Assembly: GCA_050084515.1 (NCBI GenBank)
Contig: CM114271.1
Span: 47,368,001-47,432,000, forward strand
Direction of reading: 5' to 3'
DNA from: Blasia pusilla
Lineage: Eukaryota
DNA length: 64,000 nt
Made by a program: the position numbers and the translations under genes. Every line of letters starts with the position of its first letter. Position 1 is the first letter of the stretch. Positions 28,157 through 39,381 of the stretch are shown here, one piece after another. The notes under the pieces are model-generated. The model made no database searches, was not told the origin of the DNA, and saw only the letters and a program-made list of their open reading frames with translations.

Positions 28157-29100
28157 ATTTGTGTGTTAGATCTCTTTGGTGGGATTAGCACTGGTTTGGC
28201 TGCAGTGTTGCAGGCCGGTATTCCTGTGCGGAGATATGTGTATGTGGAGCAAGATGAGACGGCCTAGAGAGTCTCATCCCGACATATTGGTCAGTTGATG
28301 CGGAGATATCCTGAGTTGTTGCCGCCATCAACTATTCGTGAGTACCAGCGTGCTTTGCCGTCACACATTGCATTGTTGGGGGCGCAGGACCTTGAGAGGG
28401 TTGGTCCTGTGGATTTGGTGATTTCTGGATGGCCATGTCAGGATCATACACGTGCTGGTCGTGGTGAGGGATTACACGACCCTAGGTCTCGATTGGTTTG
28501 GGAGATGTTATGGGTGTTATGACATCTTCAGGTTCATCAGGCACATGCTCTAGCTTACATTCTGGAGAATGTTCCATTGTTGGGTGACACTCGGACCCGG
28601 ATGATGGCGAGTGTTCATGAGGTGCGGTCTTGGATTGGACCAGCGGTGTTGTTGGATGCAGCGCGAGTTGGCTCGCGTGCACATCGTCCACGCTTGTGGT
28701 GGACAAACTTGTTGCCTAGGGAGGCTCTACGTCGAGCATATGATGCAGTGCAGCGGGATCCTTGCGTTACAGTGGATAGTATCTTAGATACTGGGCGACT
28801 TTCTCAGGTGGTGAGGGTTATTGATCGATCACCCATGGCAGTGGTGAACCGTGTGGGCCAGCCTAGGATGGCACTACCCACATTTGTGAGTTTTCCCTCG
28901 TCACATGCCTACAGGGAAGGTGGTCCCGGGCTTGTATGGGATTCTCATGTGTGCGGCGATTGGTGGAGCCTAACGCTGATGAGAGAGAGCGTGCGATGGG
29001 ATTTGCTACTGGCGTGACAGAGGTTGCTTCCATTTCTGAGGCTTCACGACGTCATGTGTTGGGTAGGCCATGGACCTGAATTTTTTGACTTGGATTTTGA
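28157..29100 (+). pseudogene. DNMT3-like DNA (cytosine-5) methyltransferase domain inside the polyprotein
   Basis: Motif I LDLFGGI (28166-28186), motif II YVYVE, motif IV DLVISGWPCQ (PC 28433-28438), motif VI LENV (ENV 28565-28573), motif VIII AHRPRLWWTNL (RxR 28685-28693), motif IX ERERAMGFATGVT (from 28981), motif X SRRHVLG. Confidence 0.9.
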
Positions 29101-32100
29101 GTCTTGGTATGGCCGAGCAGCGTCGACTTTGGACTAGGTCTGTGGGTCTTCCACCCCTTGTAATGAGCTCGATGGCTATCGGGACGGTAGAGGCATCGGC
29201 TGGGGGCGAGGAGAGTAGTATTTTGCATCCTTGGAGTAAATGGGATGTAATGGCTAGGCATGTGGAGTTGGTTGCTCATGCTGGTGGAGGAGTTATTTGC
29301 TCAGATGATGGTGTAGCTAAGGGTGTACCATCTTGTGAGGGGATTGCATAGTAGCCAATGGCATCGTCCTCTCCCTCTAGTGTGCCAGTGGAGGAGACTT
29401 GGGAGCCATTACTTGGGCCCAAGCTTACGGGAGGTGAGAAACGACGCTTGACACAGTTCCTACGTGCTTATAGGAGTTGTTTTGCCTTTCGCATGAAGGA
29501 GTTGGGTTCTCTGGTTGGACCCGGTATACGGATTGATTTGGCTAGTGATACGCCAATCTTCTGTCGTCTCTACCGATATAGTGATATGGAGAGGGACCTG
29601 ATTCAGAGTAGAACGTTGGACCTTTTGGAGGCTGGATTAGTGGAGTTGTCGCATGGAGAGTATGCATGAGCCACTGTCATGCCTGCTAAAAAGGATATGC
29701 ATGGCAACTACACGGATACGCGGATGTGTGGAGATTACCGTCCTATCAATCGGCAAACCAAGGCCGATAGGTATGCCATGCCTACACCTGAGGAGATCTT
29801 TGATGTGGTGGGACAGGAAAAGATTTTCAGTACTTTGGATCTTCGGGCAGGATACCATCAATTGCCGATTCGGGAGAGTGACAAGGCCAAGACAGCATTT
29901 TGGGGTGTCAACTCTCATGGCAAGGATTGTTTGTACGAGTGGAAATTCTTACCCTTTGGGTTGAAGAATGCACTTGCCGAGTTTCAGAGAGTGAGGGACA
30001 GGATCCTAGCAAGGTTGGATTTTGTTCGGTGTTACATTGATGATATCTTGGTGTTCAGTAACACGGTGGAGGAGCATCGGATACATTTGCAGATGGTGTT
30101 TGAGTGGTTGAAAGCTTATGGTCTACGTTTGCATCCAGGAAAGTGTAAGTTCTTCCATGAGGATGTTGAGTACTTGGGTCATGTGATCTATCCAGGTGGT
30201 TTGGGAGTGCAACAAGCAAAGGTGGAGGCTATTGCACTTATTCCGCGTCCGGTAGATGTGAGTAGAGTTCGAGCATTCATGGGATTGGCGAACTACTATC
30301 GGAGGTATGTGAAGGGATTTAGTGCTATGGCAAAGCCTTTGAACCAATTTCTGAAATCAGATCAAGAGTGGCACTGGGGAGATGATCAGGAGAGAGCTTT
30401 TGTGGAGCTTAAGGCCCAGTTGGCGGCGGCGCCTATCTTGAGGAGACCTATCAGAGGGCGCCCATTTCAGTTACACACTGATTGGAGTAGGTTGGGACTT
30501 GGAGCGGTGTTGACACTACATGATGATGAGCACATGGAGTTTGTGGTGGCCTATGCAAGTCATTCAAATAATGCAGCGGAGTCGCGCTATAGTTCATATG
30601 AGGGAGAGTGCTTGGCAGTAGTGTGGGCTGTGACACACTTTAGATGTTACTTGTTTGGCACACAAATTACCCTTGTTACTGATCACCAACCGCTCAAGTG
30701 GTTGATGGAGTCTGACAAGCTTACAGGGAAGCTAGCACGGTGGGCTCTTATCTTACAGGAGTATGACTTCCAGGTGGTACATAGATCTGGAGTTGCCAAC
30801 CTTGATGCTGATGGGTTGAGTAGGAATCCATGTACTAGCCAAGAGGATACAACTGGGGCTAGATGGCATGGCGAGGTTGATTAGGAGATGGTGCAAGGTT
30901 GGCATGCATCCGCCTTTTTATGTTGGTTAGGGGTGGACTCTAGTATGGAGGACCACATGACATCTTACTCTAGTCAGAGGGTAGATGGCCAACCTTCAGA
31001 TTCTAAGGTTGGAGATGGTGGAACAGATCAGCGTGATATTCATGATGATGCGTTGGTGTTGGAGTTCCTACGGAGCAGTAGGGTGCCAGGCATAGTGAGT
31101 GCCAAGGAGCAAGACCGTGTTCTTCAACGTGCTAAGAGGTATCGATTGGAGGGAACACATATTCTCCGTGTGTGGGAGGATGGTAGAATACGAGTAGTGC
31201 CGGATTTGGCTCAGAGAGAGTGCATTGTGCGACATGCCCATGAGGAGTTGGGACATTTTGGGGTAAAGCGTACGTATAGCTTACTCCTTGGTCAGTATTG
31301 GTGGCGAGGCATGCATACTCAGGTGCAGCAGTTGGTGTCACGTTGTATGGTTTGTGACCGGGTGAGGGCATCATTCAATGCCCCTATACCACAGTTATAC
31401 CCCTTGCCTATTATGGGGTTGGATTACCGTTGGAGTGTGGACTTTGCGGGACCGTTACCGTTGACTGTACGAAATCATGGATATGTGTTGGTGATGGTGG
31501 AGCACTTCTACAAGTGGATTGAGTTGGTGCCATTACCTGACAAGGCAAGTGAGGGAACGGCGTATGCGTTTCTTGATAGAGTGCTTAGTCATTTTGGTGC
31601 ACCAGCTGAAGTGCTGACCGACCAGGGTACAGAGTTTCAGGATGAGTTTCATGTCTTGTGTGACAAGGCGTTGATTGATCATCAGACCATGTCTCGAGAT
31701 CATCCAGAGGCGGATGGTTTGGCTGAGCGTGTGGTTCAGACGGTGAAGAGGGCATTGCGCAAGTATGGCCTCTGAAGGGCATCTTGAGACCAGGATATTC
31801 AGTTGCCATGGTAAGCCATGGGGTATAGGTTCAGTCGCCAAGCATCCTTGGCTTCCTTCTCACCTTATTTTCTGTTATACGGCTAAGATCCAAACTTGCC
31901 AGAAGCAATTCGTTGGGCGTCTAGTGAGGTGGTGAACCTTGATGACCCAGAGATGTGGATGAGAGTCTGTTCTCAGCGGGCAGAGCTCTGGCGGAGAGTT
32001 TTGCCAACAGCCTTTGAGAATCTTGCCATTGCTCAACACAGGGATACGTTGCCGTATGCAACCATTCGGGGTGGAGGTTATCGACCATCGATTCGTAGGT

Positions 32101-32333
32101 TCCATGTGGGGGACTATGTCTATTTGCAGCGGATTGCACCAACAACGTTGGATGTGACGGCAGGCCGCACTATTTTACGAGTGCGCGAGGTGTTAGCTTA
32201 TGGAGTTCTCATGTTGGAGGGTCGTGATGGAGTTGTTTGGAAGGACCATATGCGTAATTGTGCGCCATGTCATCTTCCAAATGTGGATGTTACTGTTGAC
32301 CCAAGCTTAGCCATGATACGTGCTAGCTTGAGG

Positions 32334-32468
32334 TGCATGTTGTGTGGGTCTGCTGGTAACGCAGCCCGTATGTTGGTGTGTGATCGATGTTCTAGGGGTT
32401 GGCACATGATGTCTTTGACTCCACATATGGATGTTGTTCCTACTGGAAGGTGGGTTTGTCCTCGATGT
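32334..32468 (+). other. PHD zinc finger at the integrase C-terminus
   Basis: CMLC...MLVCDRCSRGWHMMSL...GRWVCPRC fits C4-H-C3 spacing. One Cys is lost here but present in copy 2 (HMLCL). Confidence 0.88.
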
Positions 32469-33211
32469 ACTTAGGAGGGGTAGATTACTTGATCTTTGCA
32501 TGATATGGATTACAGATGTGCGACTAACGATGGGGCAACCTAGCACCCGGCCTTCTGATTCGTGCACCCAAGAAGGTGTATAGCATGTAGTAGATGTATA
32601 GGGCTACCTGGGAGTTAGAGGGACCTAACCGCCAGTTAGGGGGGCGAATTGTGGTACACTTGTGTTTGTGGATGCTCTCGTCTATGTTATGTATGTATGT
32701 GAGTATGGTATGTCAGCGATGTATATTGTATGATGATGTGGATTCGCACGACAGCTGTCATGACCTTACGGATTATGTCGTAGAGTATAGTGTGCTAGTA
32801 GAGGCCATACCTTATGTAGAGCCATAGTGTCTAGGTAGAGATGCGATTTCATACATAGGGTTGGGGGTTACTCAGTTGAGGGTGACTTTTCCAATAGGGC
32901 CCGCTCTTAGGTTGGAGGATATAAGGTGCAATGCACTCAAAGTTGAGCCTGTTGCGTTGGGAGTTAGCCTTGGTAGTGAGTAGAGCTCTTGGCTATGATG
33001 TTTCTGGCAAGCTTCGACCTAGATTCTCCCATTGTGGAGTGGGTTTGGCTCGATTGTATGTGATTCTATACGTATTTTATGACAGTAGGTCTTTCACGGA
33101 TTTCAATTGTGGTACACTTGTGTTTGTGGATGCTCTCGTCTATGTTATGTATGTATGTGATTATGGTATGTCAGCGATGTATGTTGTATGACGATGTGGA
33201 TTCGCACGACA

Positions 33212-33340
33212 GCTGGTTGGCCCAGACCCGACTAACGAGAGTGTGTGTTTGGATGCAGATCGGCCATGAGATCGTGTCCTACTGAACGTACGCTTCCGCA
33301 ACAATAAAGACTGACGTTCAAGGAGAGTAGGGGCGCGACA
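33212..33340 (+). repeat. 3' (U5) end of LTR-A
   Basis: Near-identical to 24587-24715. Followed by AGCAA, which also lies at 4034-4038. Confidence 0.88.
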
Positions 33341-33750
33341 AGCAAGGTTGGTTGCCAAAGAGATGAGAACCAGGTTTGGAACGCGACTAGCATTTGGGGT
33401 TTTGACTATATTTTGGACCATAACATTTAGTTATGAGATTCATTTGGGAAAAATAAGATAGCGTTAGAAATCTTATGCAAATTCACTTCCAATGCACCAA
33501 AGATCTTAGCAAACTCAAAAGCAAAGGCTGAGATATTTGCCAAAAACAACTATATGATGAGTTTAGTTGAGGGCAAAAATGAGGGGCTTAATTGTAAATT
33601 TTTTGTGCGCCTACTCTCCTTGAACGTAAATCTTAAGTGTTGCGAAAGCGTGTGTTTAGTAGGAAATGCTCTCATAACTTATCAATACCCAAACAAGCAT
33701 TCACGTTAGTCAGGTCTACGTCAAACAGCTCAAGTACTCGACTCGGACTC

Positions 33751-35738
33751 GTTAGGTCCCTCTAGCTCTACATAGTCTACAAAACAAGTCTAAATGTTTT
33801 GCATCTTTTCTGTGCTAAGATCATAGGTTCAAGTGCTATGTCGTCTCATCGTTAGTCACCCTCCTGGAATCCATAACATCAAGAGTCATCTTGTTATCTA
33901 CTTATCACTCCTACGTGCATCTGGGACAAAGCCAACGTCCCCGAGGAACCAAGTCAAGAGGTGGCATCAAACACAACATATGTCATGTGTCTACTCTCAC
34001 TGAACGTAAACCTTTAGTGTCATGGAAGCGTGCGTTCTGTAGGGCACGCTTTCAATGCTAATCTGCACCCAAACACGCACTCATGTTAGTCAGGTCTGGG
34101 TCAATCAACGCTCTAACTCTCCGAGTTCTTGACTCGGCCTCTCATCAAGCTCAACCTTCCTAGTTTACAACACAACCAAGTCTTTTAAGACTTGGGAAAA
34201 ACTTTTTGGTCGGTTAAGGAACCTCAAATCGCGTTTGCAGGCTTGGCGGTCCCAACTGTCCAATGGACATCCAATGAGTCCCTAACCAAAACTCACAAAA
34301 GTGAGTCGCAGGTTGGCATCCAAGTGTGGCTTAAGAAATCCACTTCCTTGGATGAAGTTTGGGTTTCAAGTCCCAACGCCAAACTTCCGTTCCATCCCGT
34401 TCCCTTGAGCCGTGGTTTGGCGTCCAAAGTGGGGTTTGGGTTCCAAGAATCCTTGGAGATACTCCCCCTTACTAGTATTCCTACCACTAACTTTGGAGAA
34501 AGAGAGTTGGGCCCCTCATTTTGGCCCTCAATCCAACTCCTCTTACATTCATTTACGGAAAATATCTCAACCTCTACTTAAGCGGTTTCTGAGATCTTTA
34601 ATGCGTTGTAATTGCCTTTGCAAAAGATTTCCAACACCACCTTACTTGTCCCAAACACATCTTGGGACAAAATGTTATGGTCCGAAACACTCTCAAAATC
34701 CCCAAACGCTAGTCATGTTCCAAATCTTGTTCTCACTGCTTTGGCAACCAGCCTTCCTAGACTCAACTCATCTCAAGACTTGGTTCACGTTTGGTCCACG
34801 TTTCCTAGTCGCGACCATAAACGCATGAAACGCACAAACTCTATTGCGCATTTCTTCTCTTGGACTTTTCCAAGAGACCTCTCCAAAGGGCAACCATCCT
34901 AGCATGAGCTTGCTAAAGTTTTGATGTTCTGCTTGGCGTTTGTTTGGTTATGAGGATCATGACACTTTTCCCCAAAATTAGGGGGACGGCGGAGATCCTA
35001 TGTAGTACTAGTAAGGGAGAGTGTCTCCAAGGATTCTTGGGACCCAAACCCCACTTTGGGTGCCAAAGGGCGGCTCAAGGGCACGAGATGGAACAGGAGT
35101 TTGGCATTGGGACTTGAAACCCAAACCTGATCCAAGGGAGTGGATTTCAAAAGCCACACTTGGATTCTTACCCGCAACTTATTTTTGTAAGTCTCGATTA
35201 GAGAGTCATTGGAGGTCCATTTGATAGTTGGGACCGCTAGGCGTGCAAACCTCGTTTGAGGTTCTTGAATGGATCATAAAGTTTGTCCCAAGTCTTGAGA
35301 GACTTGCCTATGTTGTAAATGAAGAAACTAGGAAAGTTGAGTTTGATGAGAGGCCGAGTCAAGAACTCGGAGAGTTAGAGCATTGATTGACCCAAACCCG
35401 ACTAATGTGAGTGTGTGTTTGGGTGCAGATCAGCATTGATAGCGTGTCCTAATAAACGCACGCTTCCACAACACTAAAGATTTACGTTCAAGGAGAGTAG
35501 GCACATGACATATGTTGTGTTTGACGCCACCGCTTGACTTGGTTCCTTAGGGACGTTGGCTTTGTCCCAGATGCACGTAGGAGTGATAAGTAGATAACAA
35601 GATGACTCTTGATGTTATGGATTCCAGGAAGGTGAAACGATGGGATAACATAGCACTTGACCCTTTGATCTTAGCACCGAAAATATGCCTAGCATTAAGA
35701 ATTGTTTTGTAGACTATCTAGGTTTAGAGGGACCTAAC
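33751..35738. repeat. Long inverted repeat (arms ~33751-34500 and ~34965-35738) including a full inverted LTR-B at 33981-34964
   Basis: For example GTTAGGTCCCTCTA (33751) vs TAGAGGGACCTAAC (to 35738), and CCTGGAATCCATAACATCAAGAGTCATCTTGTTATCTACTTATCACTCCTACGTGCATCTGGGACAAAGCCAACGTCC is mirrored at ~35550-35630. Confidence 0.9.
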
Positions 35739-36585
35739 CACCATCTAGGTTGGGGTTGTCTTGTCGTTCATGTTTAGATATGTTAGGATTCATAGTTAGG
35801 TGGATCTTAGACTTGTGTGCATGATAGCTAATGTATGTTAGCAGCAATGTCTATTTGTACGACAATTGTCATGGTAGATGAGACATAGGGCGAGATAGTA
35901 TCGAGGACTTAGAGGTATTTTGTACTTCCCTATTTTGAGAGGTCATATGTGACGTACTTGTAGGAGGCAACCTACCAATGTAAGTCACCTTTCCTTTATG
36001 AGGAATGATAACCTTGGAGAGGTTGACCCTCCCATCCTTTGTGTGGAGCCACTTGGATCTATAGGGTTGAGGATTAGTTAGTTGGTAGTTGGTCTCATGA
36101 GAGGATCACATGTGTAGTTGTTAGGGATTTAGTACCTTGTGTACTCCAAGCCGTTAGTGATGTCCTAGGAGGAGGTTACCCGTGTGTACATGTCACCCAT
36201 GGAGGTGCCCAAGGGGGTTATACTTTGGATGAAGCTCATTCAGATCTCACTTCCTTGGATCATACCCATGTTGGGATATGTGATATAGTACAGCTTGCAT
36301 GTACTAAGCGTAAACTCTCTCTAGAGTGGGCTAGGATTGATCGGAGATCACCCACATTGAGAGTATATTGCAGACTTTCTCTTATTGTTGCCGTAGTATT
36401 CATAATTAAGTGGATATTTGAAAGTTGATTGCAGGTTTCATCAGATTTCACATTCCACATCAACTTTGTATTGGGGTTTTCGAGTTGTTCATGTGTAGAT
36501 ATGTTAGGATTCATAATTGGATAGATCTTAGACTTCTGTGCATGACAGTCAATGCATGTTGGCAACAATGTCTATTTGCATGACA
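35516..36585 (+). mobile_element. Right part of copy 2 of the DNMT/PHD family: PHD end, 3' UTR and putative LTR 35867-36585
   Basis: CLTPPLDLVP*GRWLCPRCT*; TAGAGGGACCTAACC shared with copy 3; terminal inverted repeat TGTCATG...CATGACA. Confidence 0.78.
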
Positions 36586-37120
36586 TCTTCTTGCTCAATT
36601 TCAGCCTTAACATTTCATTATATTACATTCAAATACAAATTATTATTTTAGCTTATTGTCATATTACCATTTGAATTATTGCATATACATATTCGTATAA
36701 ACTGATTTTTCAATGTTTCTTCCAAATGTGCATTTTTTCAACCAAAGCACTTCTGGTAAATCACATCAACAAGGCTACTAATACATCACATTTTCCATCA
36801 CCTCACATCCCATTCATTACTACTACCTGCCCTCACATTACACACCATCCCCATTTGTACGCGTTATGCATTGCAAGCGCTCACATTGCTCCAATCGTGA
36901 CTCGGAGTATTGTTATCATTATAACATTTAGAATACAATCTCAGAACATTAGTAGCAAAATACATACTCTTCCAACATCATCACTTTTACATGAATTAAT
37001 CCAATTATTTGCAATAATACCACACCTTTTCTTACTTGCCTCTAAGTATACCACACCTCTTACTTACCTCTAAGTAGACCACCCTTCTAAACTATGCAGC
37101 CTACATACTACATCTACATT

Positions 37121-37560
37121 ATTATGGGAGAGTGCCATCTTGATTTGCAAACACCTCTGTGTTTGACACATGGCAACTGAGCAGTAAGAAAATATTTTAC
37201 GTGCTACGAGCAACAAGAAAAACATTTGAATTTATTTAGAGCATCATTAATCTCTTCCCTTCACGGGCTATACACTAGCTCTTCAAACATTTTTTTATTT
37301 CCCTTGCATCACATGGGCACCTTATTTATATTATTATGGGAGAGTATCTTCTTGATTTACAAACACCTCTCTGCTTGACAGGTGGAACCTAGGTAGCAAG
37401 AGAATGTTTCACATGTTACGGGCAATAAGAAAATAATTTGAATTTATACGCATCATCATTAATCTCTTCCTTTCCGGAGCTTTCCACTAACTCCTCAAAC
37501 ACTTCTTTAGGGCTATACCTAGCTCCTGAAACACTTCTTTATTTCTCGTGCATGGCACGG
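37121..37560. repeat. Two diverged tandem copies of a ~213-bp unit
   Basis: ATTATGGGAGAGT...TCTTGATTT.CAAACACCTCT...TTTGAATTTAT...CATCATTAATCTCTTCC occurs twice. Confidence 0.75.
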
Positions 37561-39381
37561 ACGCCTTACCAGTATATGTTAGAACATATTTCAACTTTCT
37601 CCCACTTACTTTTCTTATTGCACATTAATTTTTATTATATTGACCGGATATATGTCATCCATACAAGTCTATATCCGTATTCTTATTGGACAATTTAAGT
37701 CAATATGACCTCATTTTTAGTAAGAAAACTATCTAAAGTTAATTTAGAAGACACTTATGGGAGGTAAAGTACACTTAAACCCAAAAAACCCTCCACCAAT
37801 ATGGTACTCCTCGAGCTCGCCCACTAGAGCGACCACTCCTCATGAGCATCCAAACAAAACAATGGTCTTAATCTTCACACTAAATGCCGTTGTGCGGACT
37901 GTCAGGGCCGACGGCACACACCTGACCACTACAGACAGCTCAGGAGTTCCGGAATCCGCATTTCATGTTCCGGCCTCCAGGCTCCCTAAACTCTACAGCG
38001 TCTCGGTGTGACCGTGAGGGGAGATTAATGAGAGACCTGGGCTCCAGACGCGCTCGCCTCGAGATGGCGCCTGTGTAATTCAATCGCTTTGCAACTGTCC
38101 CGAAGTCCCCGCCGTGGATCGCAACGTATGCAAGGACAAGAAACCACGGATGGGTTCGGATTTCGACTCGATGCCGAAAGAAAAATGGGTTCGGCTTAGA
38201 ACTTTGACGGGAATTCAGTCACGAACTAACGGCTGTGGTGCTTTGCTTGCTTCTCGTCGGCTATCGAAGGGAATGAAACTTGGCGTCGGTGCTTGGAGGC
38301 AAGTTAGAGGGATCCTCTTAGGCTTTTCGGGATATCTACTCTCGAATGCCTACTCTCACGGGGCGCGTGAGCCAACAATGTGTGCATGTCTGATCGGTAA
38401 TCCGCATGTCATGTGATCCTTGGAACTGATTTAGTGACCAGCTTGGAATTGTAGTGATACTAGAAAGATTGGAGATAGCTGCGCGTTTTACAGACTGGAG
38501 TTTGGGTCCAAACCCCAGAATCCTCAGAGCAACCAATAATCTGGTGAAAGTAGTGGTGTGTCTTCATAACAGATAAGATTTGCAGCGGTTTGCTCACCGC
38601 GCAAATACTGCACAGCAAACCAACCCTTCCACGGGAAAAGAAATTGCTACCACTAATGGGATGAGCATGAGGTCATGAACAGGTGACCCGACGCCGAGAG
38701 AGAAGACCAAATGCTGCGATTTCGTTTCATTTCAAAGCTGACGACGTACATGAGCTCCAAGCCCACTAAGGCATCCCCGCCAATCCCAGTAGATCAGTTT
38801 ATCACGAGCTGACTGAGGTAGCGTTTGTTTGCAGCACTGTTCCGCTCATCGCGGACCTTCGTCCTTGCAATGAATCGATGGACAGAGAGCCCCCACCAAT
38901 AAGGTCTTCGATCGCGATGAAATAACAAATGAACAGGGGCTCACTATTTCCCGGCCAGACGTCGCCCAGATTCATGCCGGTTTGGATCCGAAGATGATGA
39001 TGACGATATGGTCTCTCCCCGTGCTTCACTCCGCATGTCAGTGCATTTGAGACGGAGGATTCGTGCAGCGAGAGCAAGGCACCTCTACTGCAGCGCGCGA
39101 GTGCGCATGTAGCTGACGTGGGCGAAGAACGTTCTCGGATTCTTATGTTCTCAGGAGACGTGGCTTCTCGTGGTGCCGAGGGAAGGTTGCTCCAAATCTG
39201 TAATATCCGCTGGGATTTGGGAAACAGAAAATCCATTTTCGATCCACCGGAATCACTCTCCGTCTTCACCGTGCATTCCCGAACTCGCCACTGCGGGAAA
39301 GCAGTGGACAGGACCTGCGCGATTTTCGAGCTAGTAAGCTCCGAACCACTCGCTGCAAATTTCCGCAGTGGCGGTAAGACG

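Larger units (their letters stand above)
25568..32474 (+). pseudogene. Gag-PR-DNMT-RT-RNaseH-IN-PHD polyprotein with many stops and a few frameshifts
   Basis: Knuckles CWTCGGDHVRKFC and CDHCGRPGHPRERC; protease LLDSGAQ (~27420); RT (MCGDYRPIN, LDLRAGYHQ, LPFGLKNA, YIDD); RNase H (LHTDWS, TDHQPL); integrase (HEELGH, CMVC, SVDFAGP, TDQG, GLAER). Confidence 0.92.
24822..33211 (+). mobile_element. Ty3/gypsy retrotransposon carrying a DNMT3-like C5 methyltransferase and a PHD finger (copy 3; 5' LTR missing, putative 3' LTR 32756-33211)
   Basis: Gypsy domain order RT-RH-IN. Terminal segment TGTCATG...CACGACA abuts LTR-A sequence at 33212. Confidence 0.88.

Noticed and set aside
27704-29100. Methyltransferase as a decayed host DNMT3/DRM gene sitting among transposons
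   Set aside because: It has no introns or host N-terminal domains, is collinear with protease and RT, and is repeated at the same position in copy 4.
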